A stretch of 37,688 nt of DNA from Candidatus Rokubacteria bacterium GWA2_73_35 (lineage in GTDB: Bacteria; Methylomirabilota; Methylomirabilia; Rokubacteriales; CSP1-6), in the NCBI GenBank assembly GCA_001790205.1, contig MGBU01000233.1, forward strand, positions 1-37,688, read 5' to 3'. Positions 23,961 through 32,475 of this stretch are shown piece after piece. The notes under the pieces are model-generated. The model was not told the origin of the DNA, made no database searches, and saw nothing but the letters and a program-made list of their open reading frames with translations. The translations under genes were made by a program, and so were the position numbers. Positions within the stretch are counted from its first letter, which is position 1. Each line of letters begins with the position of its first letter.

Positions 23961-25306
23961 TCGGTCAGCCACGAGGCCGCCTGAAGAGGGGTGCAAACCA
24001 CGAACGACGCTCGAGCAAGCTTCGCGCGGAGCTCGTCGGTCGAGACATCGAGGCCCCCGGGGGACAACTGCCGGACCTCATGCTGGTTGTCGAGGTAACC
24101 CTCGCGGATCCCGACGAACACGGGCGTCGCGATCCTGCTCGCGTAGTCGCCGACGACCTCCGTGAGCCGCTGGGTGTTCAGCCGGGGACCGTCTTCGCTG
24201 TCGGTGAACAGACGGTTGAAGATGGGATTCCCGCACGACAGCCCGGCCAGGATCAGGGCCTTGGGCGCCACGTCGGTTGCGAAGGCCGCCTGCTTGGCGC
24301 CGCCGCGCAACACCGCGAGCGCTTGGATCAGCCGTCGGCTCCGTTCTCCGGCCACTGAGCGATCCTTGAGGCGGTAGATCCTACCGAGCGGGCCGCGGTC
24401 CTCGGCAAGCTCGATCTTCCCCTCCTTCATCCATGTGTCTACCCGATGCGGGTCGAGTTCCTTCCGGTCCCCGAGGTTCCAGAAGACGCCGACACGCGCG
24501 CGGTCTAGACAGAAGATGCCCTCGAGATGGCTGTTGAAGAACCGGGTGCTGTATGGCAACGGTGATTGCGGATTCGGCATCGGCGAGCGGTCCGCGATCG
24601 AGTGTTCCTTGACGAACCCGCGCGCAATTGCCAGAGCGTCCGTGACGGGCTTGCCCCTGATCTGTTTCTTGAAGGCTTCTTTCTTCGCCCTCGGAACATC
24701 GGCGATGTCGGCGGTGTCTATCGCTCGCTTCCACTCTTCAAGCTCGAGCGCGGCCGGATCATGAGACTGCACGTGGACGAAGCCATCGTCCCGCCCCTGC
24801 CAACCGTCGGACCGAATGGACGCAAGGACTGAGGCGGCAAGCGGAGAAGCCCGCATGACGGCCGCGATCGTGTCGGTGCCCGCGTCGGGCACGACATCCT
24901 CGTCAGTGGCATCGTCATCGCCGACGGCCGCTTCGCCAGCGCTGAGACGCCTACCCTGGCCTTCGGCAGCGCGCATGTAGCCGAAGAGGTCGTCCTCGGC
25001 GTAGTCGATGGGGTTCACCTGTCCCGCTACCTTGCTGGTGTTGCCTTGAGCGTTCCACGCGATCGCACGAATCTCGCTCGTGGGCCAGCCGGTCTCTTCG
25101 ATCAGTGTGTTCCGCAGCCACCGCCGCCACGCCTGTGCGGAAACGTAGGGCACTGAGCGCTGTCCTTCCCTGAAGCTCTTATGAACCGTCGTCGTCCGGT
25201 CTTCCCCTGACCCGAGGCCGGCCCCATTGAGGAACGCGGCGCGGGCTTCGATGAGAAGTGTGCCTGCGACATGTTGCAGTGAGGGTCGTCCAGGTGCCTG
25301 GTTCAT
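23948..25306 (-). CDS. cas7: CRISPR-associated protein Cas7 (Cst2/DevR-like), unusually long (452 aa)
   Basis: AAFLNGAG, SVPYVSAQAWRRWLRNTL, EDDLFGYM, LAVLRGGAKQAAF. ATG 25306 shares ATGA with the cas8b stop. Confidence 0.8.
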   Translation of the reverse strand: MNQAPGRPSLQHVAGTLLIEARAAFLNGAGLGSGEDRTTTVHKSFREGQRSVPYVSAQAWRRWLRNTLIEETGWPTSEIRAIAWNAQGNTSKVAGQVNPIDYAEDDLFGYMRAAEGQGRRLSAGEAAVGDDDATDEDVVPDAGTDTIAAVMRASPLAASVLASIRSDGWQGRDDGFVHVQSHDPAALELEEWKRAIDTADIADVPRAKKEAFKKQIRGKPVTDALAIARGFVKEHSIADRSPMPNPQSPLPYSTRFFNSHLEGIFCLDRARVGVFWNLGDRKELDPHRVDTWMKEGKIELAEDRGPLGRIYRLKDRSVAGERSRRLIQALAVLRGGAKQAAFATDVAPKALILAGLSCGNPIFNRLFTDSEDGPRLNTQRLTEVVGDYASRIATPVFVGIREGYLDNQHEVRQLSPGGLDVSTDELRAKLARASFVVCTPLQAASWLTECLR

Positions 25307-27291
25307 GCCGGCTCCTCCACTGGAGTTGGCTGCACGGCGATGAGCCGTCGTGCGGCGTTGCATACTGCGAGTCCGAGCTGGAACGCCCGCCGCGTCCCGT
25401 CAGGCTCTTCGAGCCAGTCGCGCCAAGTGCGCGAAGAGAGCGGGGCTCGTCGTTGGGGCGAACTGAGACGCTCGCCCAGCCACTGTGTGCCCAGGCGCCG
25501 CGCCAGCCACGGCCGGACGATGTCTCGTTCGAGCCGGTGCGCTCCCCGCACCGTGACGTACTCGACGAGATAATTCTGGAGTGCGGCCGCGACGACGCCA
25601 GGAAGGGCCGAATCGGACATTGGCGTCGCGGCCGGCTCGGGCCACGGCGGTCGTAGGACGCGCCGAAGCGCGTCCTCACTGAGCCGGGCCGCCAGGTGTA
25701 GCCGGGTCTGGAACACCCACTCTCGCGCGGCGAGTCGCCCATGCCCATCGAGCGCCAATGCGCTCCAGGCGACGAAGGTGAATCCCTCCTCGCGCCACGC
25801 GCAGGCCAGGAACTGGTCCCGCAGCCATCCGTCGTCCGTCCGTTCGGCACGCGCGACGAGATCGCGGACGAACTGCGCGCCGCGAACCGTGAGCAGTCGA
25901 TCGAGGACGCGGTCGGCGATGAAGGACACCGTGTCGGTATCAGCAAGTGCCGAAGGCGGCTCGCCATGTTTGCGCCCGTTCCTGGCGGTCTGGTGAACGT
26001 AGTACCCCAGCACTTTCCACCCATCTCCGGCCACAGCGACGCCTGGCCCGTCGCGCACCGGAAACAGAGACCGATAGTCGGCGAGCGAAAACCGCCCTTC
26101 GCCGGCCATCGCGACCATCGCCAGGCGAACGCGAGCCCGAAGCTCGGAGCGCCGGAACGCCTCGGGCTTGCGGAGGCTGTCGAGATCGTCCTTGCGACGC
26201 ACGGCGCCAGTCAGTGCGGTCGCGATCGCGTGAGCCACTTCCAGCGCGCAAGTCGTACGCCCCAGGACACGCGTCTGGTAGAGTTCGAACAATGGGACGG
26301 ATGCACCGGGGTGTTTTGCGCGCGGGTACAGCGGATCATAGTCACGACCTTCCTCGAGGCACCTCAGCATCCCCGGCGTCCATTCAGTGTCCTTTCGCGG
26401 CTCGCTGGCCATGAGGCGTTCGATTTCCGGGCCGAGCCCGGCGTGCACAACGTCGCGAAGGAACAGAAGCGCCCGACTGGGAAGCTCTTCGAGCGCGACG
26501 TCCGCCCGATCGCCGGCATTCGTGAAGTACCAGGCGAAGACGCGTGTCTTGGAATCCACGACGCCGAGCCGCTGCTGGAGTCGCAGCGCGTCAAGGACGC
26601 TGAGGAGCCGCCGTGCGAGCGCCCGCTTCCCCTCCTTAGTGCCGACCGTCGCCACGTCTCCTGCCTGTTCTCGGACCCGTACGTGGTCGTACAGATCCCG
26701 AACGAAGATGTCTGCGAAGTCCGGCGGCGCAGACTGCAAAACCGTCAGGCGTCCGTCGACCAGCAGGAGAGCGGATGGGAGCAGCCGGACCGCGAGCAGG
26801 CAGCGCGCGCAGGTGTGCGGACTGCCGCTAGCCGCCGGCCATAAGTTGGCCTCGGTGGCGGCGCCCGCAAGTGGGAGCCAATCACGCCCGAACGAGGGCG
26901 TCCTCCCGGCCGAATCTTTCAGTTGACGGGCATCCAAGCTGCGCGGGGCGCCGCACACCTCGCAAGGAACATTGTTGGCTTCCCGGCCCATCGCGTCGCG
27001 GATCCTGACGAGGAGGGACGCATAGTTCTGGACGTGAGCCTCGCCTGGCTTCTGTCCCTTCAATTTCGGATTGTGCAGTGGCGTGTTGCTCCCGAAGACC
27101 GGGATGAAGGCCTTGAGCGGCTGCTGCCGGCGAGCCAGCGCAATGCCGTCGCCGACTATGTTCTTCAGGTGCTCATCCGTGAGCACCTCCACGCTGTCGA
27201 GGTGAGCCATAGCGGCCGCAATCGACAGGCCCCAATCGACGAAGGGATTGCCAGTCAGGACTCCGAAGGCCTTCGGAGGACGATCACCCAT
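25303..27291 (-). CDS. cas8b: type I-B large subunit, Cas8b (Cst1-like)
   Basis: 662 aa. The N-terminus FGVLTGNPFVDWGLSIAA and the Cys pairs CEVCG...CARC recall Cst1/Cas8b1. It occupies the canonical slot directly upstream of cas7-cas5-cas3. ATG 27291 overlaps the upstream ORF by 8 nt. The family call is by recollection only. Confidence 0.7.
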   Translation of the reverse strand: MGDRPPKAFGVLTGNPFVDWGLSIAAAMAHLDSVEVLTDEHLKNIVGDGIALARRQQPLKAFIPVFGSNTPLHNPKLKGQKPGEAHVQNYASLLVRIRDAMGREANNVPCEVCGAPRSLDARQLKDSAGRTPSFGRDWLPLAGAATEANLWPAASGSPHTCARCLLAVRLLPSALLLVDGRLTVLQSAPPDFADIFVRDLYDHVRVREQAGDVATVGTKEGKRALARRLLSVLDALRLQQRLGVVDSKTRVFAWYFTNAGDRADVALEELPSRALLFLRDVVHAGLGPEIERLMASEPRKDTEWTPGMLRCLEEGRDYDPLYPRAKHPGASVPLFELYQTRVLGRTTCALEVAHAIATALTGAVRRKDDLDSLRKPEAFRRSELRARVRLAMVAMAGEGRFSLADYRSLFPVRDGPGVAVAGDGWKVLGYYVHQTARNGRKHGEPPSALADTDTVSFIADRVLDRLLTVRGAQFVRDLVARAERTDDGWLRDQFLACAWREEGFTFVAWSALALDGHGRLAAREWVFQTRLHLAARLSEDALRRVLRPPWPEPAATPMSDSALPGVVAAALQNYLVEYVTVRGAHRLERDIVRPWLARRLGTQWLGERLSSPQRRAPLSSRTWRDWLEEPDGTRRAFQLGLAVCNAARRLIAVQPTPVEEPA

Positions 27292-28021
27292 TGGCAGTTC
27301 CTTCCTCCAGCGGCTGCGTCGTCGGCTCGATCCCCTGCTCGGCCAGCCACTCGCGCGCCGCCGCGTGCAGCCGCTCGTCCCGGAACGCGAACCAGCGCTC
27401 GCGCTCGGCGGGGAAATCGAGCAGGACGTTCTTGAACCGCCGGAAGGCGCCGCGGCCGTCGAGGGCGACCTCCAGTCGGTCGCGCAGCCGCGCATCGCCC
27501 ACCGTCTCGGCGAATTCCGCCATCCACCCGTACTCGATCCGCGAACCCAGCGGCTCGACGGGGATCAGGTGGCCTGCGGCCAGCGCGTCGTCGAGATCCT
27601 CCTCCGACGGCCAGTCGTCGTCTTCGCCGAGGCGGTCAATGGGGACCATCTGGACCTCGCCCGTCCGCACGTCGAGATAGAAGCTCCACTCGGCGGGATT
27701 CGAGGTCAGCGCCATCTCGAGATCGTCCCAGTTCACCGGGACCCGCCTGGGCAAGCCCGCGGGTCGAGGTTCGTCCCGTCCCAGCCACGCCAGAATCCTC
27801 TCCCGCGCGGTCGCCTCGAACTCGTCGCCGTAGAAGCGCAGGAACAGGGCGCGGCGCACCGCGGCCGGCGAGGCGTGCGGGTCCCGCGCCAGCACCGAGG
27901 CGCGCACCAGGGCCCGCGCCGTCGCGCCCATCGAGCAGCCCATCTTCAGGCGTTCCTCGGGCGAGCGCGCGAGGAGCATCGCCCGGTAGCGCTGCATGAC
28001 CTCGGGCGGGGTGTCAGTCAC
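27284..28021 (-). CDS. two-domain protein: N-terminal helical module fused to a UPF0158-like C-terminal domain
   Basis: GTG 28021 overlaps the NTase stop by 8 nt. The N-terminal part is MTDTPPEVMQRYRAMLLARSPEERLKMG...LFLRFYGDEF. The C-terminal part is WSFYLDVRTGEV...IEYGWMAEFAETVGD...LDGRGAFRRFKNVL...WFAFRDERL...WL, matching my memory of the UPF0158 family. Confidence 0.7.
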   Translation of the reverse strand: MTDTPPEVMQRYRAMLLARSPEERLKMGCSMGATARALVRASVLARDPHASPAAVRRALFLRFYGDEFEATARERILAWLGRDEPRPAGLPRRVPVNWDDLEMALTSNPAEWSFYLDVRTGEVQMVPIDRLGEDDDWPSEEDLDDALAAGHLIPVEPLGSRIEYGWMAEFAETVGDARLRDRLEVALDGRGAFRRFKNVLLDFPAERERWFAFRDERLHAAAREWLAEQGIEPTTQPLEEGTANG

Positions 28022-28583
28022 CGAGCGCCTCCCGGTACAGGGCGCCGAGCCCGAGGCGCTCGGTCCAGTGCGCCAGGTACTGCCTGTCCAGGTCGGGCAC
28101 CGACCTCAGGAGGTTCCTGACGTCGGCGAGCTGGACCTCCGAGCGGCTCTCCCGCATCCAGTCGAGCTTGGAGATGATCAGGTCCTCGGGCGCGACGAGG
28201 GCGATCCCGTGGCCCTCGATGGAGCCGCGCCGCTGCCGCGCGAACTCCGTACTGCGGTACTCGCTGTCCTTGCGGACGATGCAGTCCACCTTGATCACGT
28301 AGGCCTGGTGGATCAGGTTGAACGCGCTCCGGCCGGCGATGGCGGCGCCCACCGCGTCCCGGTCGAGATAGAAGTCGTCCTCGAAGAGGGCGCAGAACCG
28401 CTCGGTGTCGCCGGGGGACAGCTCGACCACGAGGTCGATGTCGCGCGTCATGCGTGGCACGGCGTAGTAGTTGGCCGCGAACGATCCGGTCACCATGTAG
28501 GCGATCCCGGCAGCCTCCAGGCGCCCGGCCATCATCGCGAGAACCTCCAGCTCTTCGGTCACCCGCGTGCCCCAGCGTCCCAC
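28014..28583 (-). CDS. nucleotidyltransferase-fold protein (DUF6036-like)
   Basis: IAYMVTGSFAANYYAVPRMTRDIDLVVEL is a G[SG]-x(9-12)-D-x-D pol-beta-type NTase motif. 189 aa from GTG 28583; the start could be a few codons downstream. Confidence 0.65.
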   Translation of the reverse strand: MGRWGTRVTEELEVLAMMAGRLEAAGIAYMVTGSFAANYYAVPRMTRDIDLVVELSPGDTERFCALFEDDFYLDRDAVGAAIAGRSAFNLIHQAYVIKVDCIVRKDSEYRSTEFARQRRGSIEGHGIALVAPEDLIISKLDWMRESRSEVQLADVRNLLRSVPDLDRQYLAHWTERLGLGALYREALGD

Positions 28584-28620
28584 CGACCTCTGACAGGGAA
28601 GGTCACAGCAGGCGCCATCC

Positions 28621-30012
28621 TCACCCCGGCCGCGGGAGTCCCAGCTCGCCCCACATCCAGCCGAAGTCGTAGGCGGGGCGGCCCTCCAGGCGCTCGCGGG
28701 CCGAGAGGTTCTCCATGTCCTTGAGGAGCGCGATCAGCTTGGGGCGCGCGGACTTGAGGCCCGCGGCCTCGCGCGGCGTGCGGCCGCCGAGGGCGGGCAG
28801 CGGCTCGTCAAGCCAGCCGCGGTAGTGGCGCTCGTAGAAGGCCTGCACGATCTCGGCGGCAACTTCAGGCGGCACCTCGTCCACGGGCCGGGCGGGCCGG
28901 CGGTCGCGGGCGCCCGGCCGGGCGCGCCGGCGGTCGAGCGCCCGCGCGACGCTCTCGGAACTCGTGGCCCGGTACGCGACCGCGGGGCCGGCCGCCGCCT
29001 CGAGCAGCGCGCGCCCGCGCTCGGCGCGCTGGCGCGACATGGTCTCCAGCGCGACGCGCCCCTTCTCGAGCACGAAGGTGCCGAAGCCGCGGCGAAAGCC
29101 GGCCTCGTCGGCTTTCTCGGCGAGCCAGGCGTAGCTGCCGTCGTCCTGGCGCTCCAGCTCGGGGTGATTCGCGAGCGCGGCCTCCAGCGCCGCGCGGTCG
29201 CGCACGTCGAAGACGGCGCGGCACAGCACCACCTCATCCCCTTCGGCGGTCACCGAGGTCGGCAGCGGGCGCCGGGCGACCAGCTCGAGCCAGAGGTCGT
29301 GGAAGACCATGCCGATGTTCTTGAAGAAGGTCGGCTCGTCGCGGCGGGGCAGCTTGCCGCGCAGCGAGCGGCTGAGCCGTCGCAGGAGGCGGAGGATCAG
29401 CTCCTTCGCGCTGGCCGGGTAAAGGTAAGGCGAGCCGTCGAGGATCGGCTCGCCGTCGGGCCCGAGGACGACGCGCGCGGCGAGCACGTCCCACTGGACG
29501 AGCTGGCGCGTGGCGAGACGCTCCCGCACCCGGACGCGCTTCTTGGCCCAAAGGTCGAGGAGGTCGAGCCCCTCGTCGAGCCGCACGGCCTGGACCTCGT
29601 AGGGCCGGAGGTGCGAGAGGCGCATCCGCTCGAGGTAGCGCCGCTCGCCCGAGCGGAGGCCCCTGCCCTCGCGCGCGAGAAATCTCTCGACGATGGTCCC
29701 GCCCCCGTGGAGCGGGCAGTCGAAGGCGAACCACTCGTGGAAGCCGATCCGGCTCTGCTCGAAGTCCATGGCCTCGCGCGCCTCGGCCTCTGTCAGCCTG
29801 GCGAGGCGCCGGCCCCAGAACGTCAGCTCGGCGGCGGCGCGGTCGCCGTCCAGCTCGGCGCGCCGCGAGAACCGCATCAGGCGCTGGAGCGCGCTGTCCC
29901 GCTCCGCCGCCGTCCACGCGCCCGGCGCGGGCGCGTCCTTCCCCAGGCAGCACCGCTTGTACTTCTTGCCGCTGCCGCAGGGGCACGGGTCGTTCCGGCC
30001 GACGGCGCTCAT
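28621..30012 (-). CDS. SEC-C metal-binding-motif protein (463 aa) of unknown function
   Basis: The N-terminal NDPCPCGSGKKYKRCC is the SEC-C zinc motif. The C-terminal LGGRTPREAAGLKSARPKLIALLKDMEN resembles DUF2384/Xre-antitoxin-type tails. ATG 30012 shares ATGA with the cas6 stop. Confidence 0.8.
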   Translation of the reverse strand: MSAVGRNDPCPCGSGKKYKRCCLGKDAPAPGAWTAAERDSALQRLMRFSRRAELDGDRAAAELTFWGRRLARLTEAEAREAMDFEQSRIGFHEWFAFDCPLHGGGTIVERFLAREGRGLRSGERRYLERMRLSHLRPYEVQAVRLDEGLDLLDLWAKKRVRVRERLATRQLVQWDVLAARVVLGPDGEPILDGSPYLYPASAKELILRLLRRLSRSLRGKLPRRDEPTFFKNIGMVFHDLWLELVARRPLPTSVTAEGDEVVLCRAVFDVRDRAALEAALANHPELERQDDGSYAWLAEKADEAGFRRGFGTFVLEKGRVALETMSRQRAERGRALLEAAAGPAVAYRATSSESVARALDRRRARPGARDRRPARPVDEVPPEVAAEIVQAFYERHYRGWLDEPLPALGGRTPREAAGLKSARPKLIALLKDMENLSARERLEGRPAYDFGWMWGELGLPRPG

Positions 30013-30971
30013 GCGCCGCGTCCGTCCCCGGCGTCGCCAGGCTCAATCCGGTAGCCGCCGAGACCGAAGGTGGTCGCGCTGCCGACGTGGGTCCATTGGC
30101 CGAACACGAGGTACGGCCAGAACGGCTTCAGGTCGCCCCGATACGTGACCGCGCCGGCCAAACCCTCCCACTCCATGCGCCGGTCCTGGCGGCCGGAGTA
30201 GCGCACCCAGCGCGTCCAGCGCGTCTCGTCCCGCTCGATCACGACGGACTGCGCCCGCTCGATGAAGTCGCGGAAGTCCAGGTCGAGCGGCCCCGGCCCG
30301 TGAAACCGCGCGAGCGACGACAGGCGCCCCAGCAAGCGGCGGAAGACGACGTGGAAGTCGGGCCGGCGCGCGAAGCCGCCGTCGTGCTTGAGCCGGGTCT
30401 GGGTCACGAAGCGGACGCGGACGATGTCGCCCGGGCACGGCACGTCGAGACAGTCCGCGAGGCTCAGGCTCAGATCGTGAGGCCGGACCAGGTTGTCGTT
30501 CCGATCGTACACGGTCGCGGCGAGATCCGTCAGGGGATGGACCGCCTCGATTCGCCGCAGCGCCACCGCGCGGCGGCCCCGGCCGATCCGGTCCACCTCG
30601 CGGAGCGTCACCACGAAGTGCGGGAGGAGCTCGCGCGCCCGGCCGACGAGCGTGAGATCGAACGCCACCCGGCTCCCCGGCGGATAGTCCGGCGCGCCCG
30701 CGGGCGGCGGCGCGATCACAAAGGGACGGGGGATCTCGTCATGGGTCCGGAGCGCCTCGGCGTCCGGCGGCGGCGCCGTCTCGAAGACCAAGTGATACGG
30801 GCAGGACGCGGGCGCGGGGCACGGCTCGCCGTCGCGGGCGAGACAGCAGAGGCGGCGGAACGCCCGGCCGAACGCGCCGCGCAGGGTGGAGCCGAGGTAG
30901 GCGGGAAGCTCGAGCGGCTCGAGAGCCTCGAGCGTGACGCGGTAACGGGCGAGCGCGAGCGAGGCGCTCAT
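30009..30971 (-). CDS. cas6: CRISPR pre-crRNA endoribonuclease Cas6 (RAMP)
   Basis: LPAYLGSTLRGAFGRAF near the N-terminus and a C-terminal glycine-rich loop HVGSATTFGLGGYRI. ATG 30971 shares ATGA with the WYL regulator stop. Confidence 0.85.
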   Translation of the reverse strand: MSASLALARYRVTLEALEPLELPAYLGSTLRGAFGRAFRRLCCLARDGEPCPAPASCPYHLVFETAPPPDAEALRTHDEIPRPFVIAPPPAGAPDYPPGSRVAFDLTLVGRARELLPHFVVTLREVDRIGRGRRAVALRRIEAVHPLTDLAATVYDRNDNLVRPHDLSLSLADCLDVPCPGDIVRVRFVTQTRLKHDGGFARRPDFHVVFRRLLGRLSSLARFHGPGPLDLDFRDFIERAQSVVIERDETRWTRWVRYSGRQDRRMEWEGLAGAVTYRGDLKPFWPYLVFGQWTHVGSATTFGLGGYRIEPGDAGDGRGA

Positions 30972-32026
30972 CGGGTTCGTGCGAGCGGGCGGCGCCCGGC
31001 CGGCCGCCGCACCGAGCCTGCCTGCGCCCTCGCGGCACGGGCGAGCGGCTTGCGGGCGAGCGCCAGCGCCAGGCGCTCGGCCTCGCGGCGGATGGCCTCG
31101 CGCAGCGCCGGGGGCGCCAGCACCTCGACCTCGCTACCGAAGCCGAGCAGCCACCGGCGCACCTCGAGCGTGTCGGCGACCGTCATCCGCAACTCCAGCC
31201 GGCCACCGGGAAGCTCGCGCAGCTCCTGGCTGGCATGCCAGAGCCGCCCGCGCACGTGGGGCGCCGCGGCGCGGGAGAAGACGGCGCGCACGCCGACCAG
31301 ATCCCCACGCACGATGCCCCACGCGCCACGCAGGTACGCCTCGGCGTCGAAGTCCGCCGGCATCGCGAACGTGTCGCGCAGCGCCGTGACGGTGCGGATG
31401 CGCTCCACGGCGAAGATCCTCACGTCGCGGCGGAGATGGCAGTGGCCGACCAGGTACAGGCCACCGTTGAAGAACGTCAGATGGTAGGGATCGACGCGTC
31501 GATCGGTCTCGGCGTCGCGGCTCAGCGAGTAATAACGCATCTGGAGCGTGCGCCGCTCGGCGAGCGCTCGCTGGATCTCGGCAAGGTGTCCGCTGCCGGC
31601 CGACTGGAGCTTGGCACCGACGGCGCGGGCGCCGATGCTGGCGCGCAGGCGGTCGACCAGCTCGAGGGCCCGTGGCGCGAGGAGCGCCCGGATCTTCCCG
31701 AAGGCGGAGGCCAGGGCGGAGCTGAAGGGGCCGGCGCCGCCGTGATCGAGCAGGTCGCGGCTCACCAGCAGCGCCACGACCTCGGGGAGCGACAGGGGCA
31801 CCGGCAGCCGATCGCGGAAGGCCACCTCGACCTTCCAGAGGCCGCGGCGGCCTTCGCGCTCGTCGTAGATCGGGAAGCCAACCTCCTGAAGGACCCGGAG
31901 GTCGCGCCAGACCGTGCGGACGGTGCAGCCGAGCTCCCGGGCGGCGTCCTCCACCGCGAGGCCCGGCGGCCGGCCGAGGAACTGTAGCAGGCGCCACTGG
32001 CGTGCGAGCTGGTCCCCCCGCGGCAT
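30968..32026 (-). CDS. HTH + WYL domain transcriptional regulator (YafY-like), CRISPR-linked
   Basis: The N-terminal winged HTH reads RQWRLLQFL...LGCTVRTVWRDLRVLQEVGFPI. The WYL region reads RRVDPYHLTFFNGGLYLVGHCHLRRDVRIFAVERI. Confidence 0.85.
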   Translation of the reverse strand: MPRGDQLARQWRLLQFLGRPPGLAVEDAARELGCTVRTVWRDLRVLQEVGFPIYDEREGRRGLWKVEVAFRDRLPVPLSLPEVVALLVSRDLLDHGGAGPFSSALASAFGKIRALLAPRALELVDRLRASIGARAVGAKLQSAGSGHLAEIQRALAERRTLQMRYYSLSRDAETDRRVDPYHLTFFNGGLYLVGHCHLRRDVRIFAVERIRTVTALRDTFAMPADFDAEAYLRGAWGIVRGDLVGVRAVFSRAAAPHVRGRLWHASQELRELPGGRLELRMTVADTLEVRRWLLGFGSEVEVLAPPALREAIRREAERLALALARKPLARAARAQAGSVRRPAGRRPLARTR

Positions 32027-32035
32027 GGTGCGCCG

Positions 32036-32065
32036 ATTGTGCGGGGCTCACCCGTGCGCTGTCAA
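32036..32065 (-). promoter_or_regulatory. candidate sigma70-type promoter for the WYL-cas operon
   Basis: Minus strand reads TTGACA (32065-32060), 18 nt, then CACAAT (32041-32036), 9 nt before the ATG at 32026. Sequence match only. Confidence 0.3.
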
Positions 32066-32090
32066 CGCCGCCGGATAAGATCAGGCGGCG
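32066..32090 (-). terminator. GC hairpin downstream of the nitrile hydratase operon (weak intrinsic terminator candidate)
   Basis: CGCCGCC(32066-32072)/GGCGGCG(32084-32090) forms a 7-bp stem with an 11-nt loop, 8 nt after the accessory-gene stop. Only two U residues follow on the transcript. Confidence 0.3.
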
Positions 32091-32097
32091 CAGCGCG

Positions 32098-32475
32098 TCA
32101 GCTCCGGGCCCCGCCGGGCTCCTGACCGCGCGCGAGCTCGATCGGCCGGCCGTGCGGCGTGGCGCGCACGGCGCGGTCCCACTCGTCGTGGCGGCGCCGC
32201 TGCGCCTCGCGGGAGGCGAGCCCCTTGGCCGCCACGAGCGTCTCGAGCGCGGCGAGCCAGTGCTCGTAGTAGCCGGTGGCCGTGTCGCCCCGCTGCCGGG
32301 CGGCGCCGATCTCGGCGGCGAGCGCGTCGGTCCATTCGCGCCAGGTGAAGCAGCCCCGCTCGTGGAGCCGCACCGCGAGCGCGAAGGCCTGCGCCTCCCA
32401 CGGCTCGGCGAAGACCGGGCCCTCCCGGTCCCGCGGGATCGCGGGCAGCGCGTCGAGGTCGGGGCGCTCGCTCAC
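32098..32475 (-). CDS. nitrile hydratase accessory (activator) protein
   Basis: GTG 32475 forms a GTGA overlap with the upstream stop. Reads VSERPDLDALPAIPRDREGPVFAEPWEAQAFALAVRLHERGCFTWREWTDAL, typical of beta-homologous NHase activators. Confidence 0.75.
   Translation of the reverse strand: MSERPDLDALPAIPRDREGPVFAEPWEAQAFALAVRLHERGCFTWREWTDALAAEIGAARQRGDTATGYYEHWLAALETLVAAKGLASREAQRRRHDEWDRAVRATPHGRPIELARGQEPGGARS

Noticed and set aside
28584-28620. 37-nt gap between the SEC-C gene and the NTase, examined for a hairpin or internal promoter (CTGACAGGGAAGGTCACAG)
   Set aside because: It has only an imperfect 5-bp inverted repeat and no -35/-10-like hexamers that I could defend.
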